Notes under the pieces: model-generated
What the model was told of the DNA's origin: nothing
What the model saw: the letters and a program-made list of their open reading frames with translations, nothing else
The model's database searches: none
Assembly (NCBI RefSeq): GCF_001194135.2
Contig: NC_068993.1
Location: forward strand, 3,383,718 to 3,423,445
Direction: 5' to 3'
Length of the DNA: 39,728 bases
Source of the DNA: Octopus bimaculoides
Lineage: Eukaryota
Position numbers and translations under genes: made by a program
Part shown: positions 36,421-39,728 of the stretch, piece by piece
How positions within the stretch are numbered: the first letter of the stretch is position 1
Layout of the letters: the number at the start of each line of letters is the position of its first letter

Positions 36421-36701
36421 GACTGAGTGCCACATCTATACATATACTGTAGAAGCGTTGATGAAAGTGAAATGGATGAAAACACTCTTTCTGTATTTAC
36501 ATGCATTTCACTTGAAGAGTTTCCAATATCTCCATCCGCCACACCATTATTTTTATATTCAAATATCATACTGAAAATTTAAATATACCTCTATTTATAC
36601 GAGTTGTTTTATTATACTCTTGTACAACTGCATATATTCCATCTAATCTATAAACACACCTACCTATATACGTGTATACCCCACTACATACATATATATA
36701 T

Positions 36702-36901
36702 NNNNNNNNNNNNNNNNNNNNNNNNNNNNNNNNNNNNNNNNNNNNNNNNNNNNNNNNNNNNNNNNNNNNNNNNNNNNNNNNNNNNNNNNNNNNNNNNNNN
36801 NNNNNNNNNNNNNNNNNNNNNNNNNNNNNNNNNNNNNNNNNNNNNNNNNNNNNNNNNNNNNNNNNNNNNNNNNNNNNNNNNNNNNNNNNNNNNNNNNNNN
36901 N
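36702..36901. other. Assembly gap (200 N) inside (TA)n
   Basis: N run. Confidence 0.99.
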
Positions 36902-36954
<53 letters not shown>

Positions 36955-38159
36955 CATGCATACATTCATATGTATGTGTATATACATATATTATTAACCA
37001 TGAATCAATTACATATTTCTCATAAAAGATACATTTGTATATAAATGCTCACGCATGCACATCCACAGTCAAACATGTGCATTTCTATAAAAAGGAAAAG
37101 CGAATTTATTTTGTATTTCGAATTTGTTCCATGTTGTTTAGTATTTCAAAGATTTTCTCCAAAAAGATATATCTTCGTAATAACTCAATCAGAAACACAT
37201 TTTTCGTTATATATTGTGGTATATGTTACCGGTCTCATACATTTGTCCATATGTCGCTGCGTACACGTTGCTTTCATATTCCTTCTTGCATTATTCTCGT
37301 GACCGTCCATTACCAATACCTCTCCAAGAAACATGAAAGAACATGTCACAATGGAATTTCAACAGACTGTTCACGGAAGCAAATACAGTAAAATCCAACA
37401 TTCTGCTAAATTTAACTTTAGTAAATATTCTTGGTGCCTGAGAATACAAGGCATCTACCGAATATGCCATCTTCTTCTAAGTGAATAGTTTGTGCATAAA
37501 AACACTAAATCCAATCTCGTAGATCTTCTGAAGAAGACTAAAACGCTTCCAAATAACAATAGATTTCTTTGTTTCTTTCTCTTTTATTATTCTTTTACTT
37601 CTGTTTCCAGGATGTTCGGTGAATGAAATGTTTTGCTTTGCTAATAACAATCAGATCTTCTACTTTGTCTAAGCTTCTAGTGGCAAGTGTACAGGTCTTT
37701 ATTTGTTTCATTCTATTTATTCAGGTATTTTGTTATGATGCAAAAGCCACGAGAATCCAGATTACCGTTTTTCTGGGCATGTTTGCAGTAGATATATCGC
37801 ATGTAAATATTGATAAATGGATGAAAGAAGCTAAAGCAACAAAAACAAGAAATAAGAAGATACCACATGTCTGCAGTGTTTCCTGTCTGACAAGATTTGT
37901 TCACTGTCCCAGAAACCAATCAGACTGAACAGCAATTTCCATTTCAAATCTCTACCTTATACTTTTACCTGTCTACCTTCAGGGAAGAGCAGGAGGTGAT
38001 GTTAATGCTTTTCCTAGCCTATATAAAACTCATCTCCAAATAATAAGATATAACATGACATCTCTTCAGTTAAGAAGACGAATCTGTGTGTTGTATTCGT
38101 GATCTTTTCTGAATCTGATCGTGGAAGTATATGTGATACATAAATACATACTTTCGCAT

Positions 38160-38305
38160 ATATATATGTGTGTGTGTGTGTGTGTGCGTATGTGAGTGTG
38201 CGTGTTTATGCGTGTGTGTGTGTATGATAGGTATATATAGAGATATACGTATATGTACATGTGTGTGTCTATATACAAATACATATATAGACATTTATAT
38301 GTGTA

Positions 38306-38364
<59 letters not shown>

Positions 38365-38400
38365 GTGAGGGTATATGGGTGTATGTATATGCGTGTATGT
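38160..38400. repeat. TG/TA compound microsatellite
   Basis: Direct reading. Confidence 0.9.
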
Positions 38401-39144
38401 CACCGAAAAGCTCAAAAAGGGTGCGTCCTAAAGAATGAATTGATCTGATTTTCGAAATCCGCGTCTCAAGGAGAAGCTTTTCCTTATTAGTAATAAAAAA
38501 CTAATTTCTTTATCTCCCTCTGTTACACAGTCTCCATCACACAGGCTCAGGAAACGATATTCCATTTCATTTCATTTCATACGACTTTAGTTACCAGTTA
38601 CTCTTAGCTCTGTCATGACCATCAACAATTCGCAAGAGCAAATATTTTCGGTTGCTGATTTACGCATTGAAGAGCTCAGTTTCACCTATGAACAGCTTTA
38701 GTATGAAGAAAGATCTTAACATCCTTGCAAAAAATGGAAAAAACAAAACCTCATTTATGGACACATTATAAATTGAACTAAATAAGGCAGAACTCAGTCC
38801 TGATCAAGAAATCAATCAGTCTATGATCTAAAACAGAATAAAGAAATTGAAATGCATTCTATGGAAATGAAAATTTCTTTTACGTTTCGAGCCTACGCTA
38901 AACTTCAATAGAAAGGAATAAGAGAAAATAAGCAAGGAATGAAATTTTAAAAAAACACTTGTAGATTTAGCGGTCAAGCATGGCGAATATCAAAACAGGT
39001 TCAATAAGACTCCTTGGTACTCTGAGTTTCAAGTATGGGGCTAGTCTTCGACCATTGGGGTTTGAGTGAGAGTTCGATTGAAGAGAGTCAATGCCACTCG
39101 CAATAAATGTGTTGAGTGCCCTTCTTTCATTTTTCTACTCACTC

Positions 39145-39191
<47 letters not shown>

Positions 39192-39669
39192 CAGGAGAAT
39201 ATGTAAATACGTATATGTGTATGTGCGCGTGTGACTGCGTGTGCGTATGCGATGTGCGCAGGAAAATTACAGATGTCATTGTTGAATTTTGTATTGATAT
39301 TCGGATAAATGTTGAAATATACAATGTGAATGCAAACGCATCTACATACACATGTGTATATGCATGCATATATGTGTAGATAAATAAAGGCTTCTGTATA
39401 TATGGATATGCAAACATGTAAGTATTTTTATGTATTTGTGTTGGTTTGGTGTAAATTTATTTTTTTTCTAGTTGTGGAATGTGATGATAAGCTTTGAAGT
39501 ACTAAAAGCTTAGCAAATGATCATTACCGATTCCCTAGTGTAGCAGTGTAACATTATGACATTTATGAGTACAACTATGTCAGTATTTACATGTGATTAT
39601 GTGTTTACATGTGTATACATATTTATAGATGAAGGATATAATGTAATACCACACTATATAAGTACATGT

Positions 39670-39674
39670 ATATA

Positions 39675-39728
<54 letters not shown>
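39670..39728. repeat. (TA)n at window/scaffold end
   Basis: Direct reading. Confidence 0.95.

Noticed and set aside
37330-37450. Minus-strand YSQAPRIFTKV resembling the DIRS RT motif APRIFTK
   Set aside because: Flanking residues do not continue the RT alignment.
492-39417. Dozens of ORFs rich in YIYI, HTHT, CVCV, ERER, SLSL
   Set aside because: Translations of dinucleotide microsatellites, which lack stops in several frames; not genes.

Overview
AT-rich eukaryotic scaffold segment, intergenic or intronic in character. It contains five N-gaps and long (TA)n/(CA)n/(AG)n/(CAT)n/(AAT)n tracts. The SINE families and repeat profile point to a coleoid cephalopod, most likely Octopus (inference from recalled repeat consensus sequences, not a database search). 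I can support no intact protein-coding gene: almost all listed ORFs are microsatellite or N-gap artefacts. Recognisable content is many copies and fragments of three tRNA-derived SINE families, decayed RTE-X-like, CR1-like and Penelope-like retroelement fragments, a piggyBac-type MITE end nested inside a SINE, and a foldback MITE. The most unusual signals are self-complementary structures: a perfect 105-bp-arm palindrome (23365-23579), an 82%-identical 129-bp-arm foldback (19508-19776), a 65-nt pre-miRNA-shaped hairpin (16985-17049) and a 66-bp perfect palindrome centred on (TA)25 (34029-34094). A few small candidate exons are reported at low confidence. I do not see evidence sufficient to claim a new multi-gene system.
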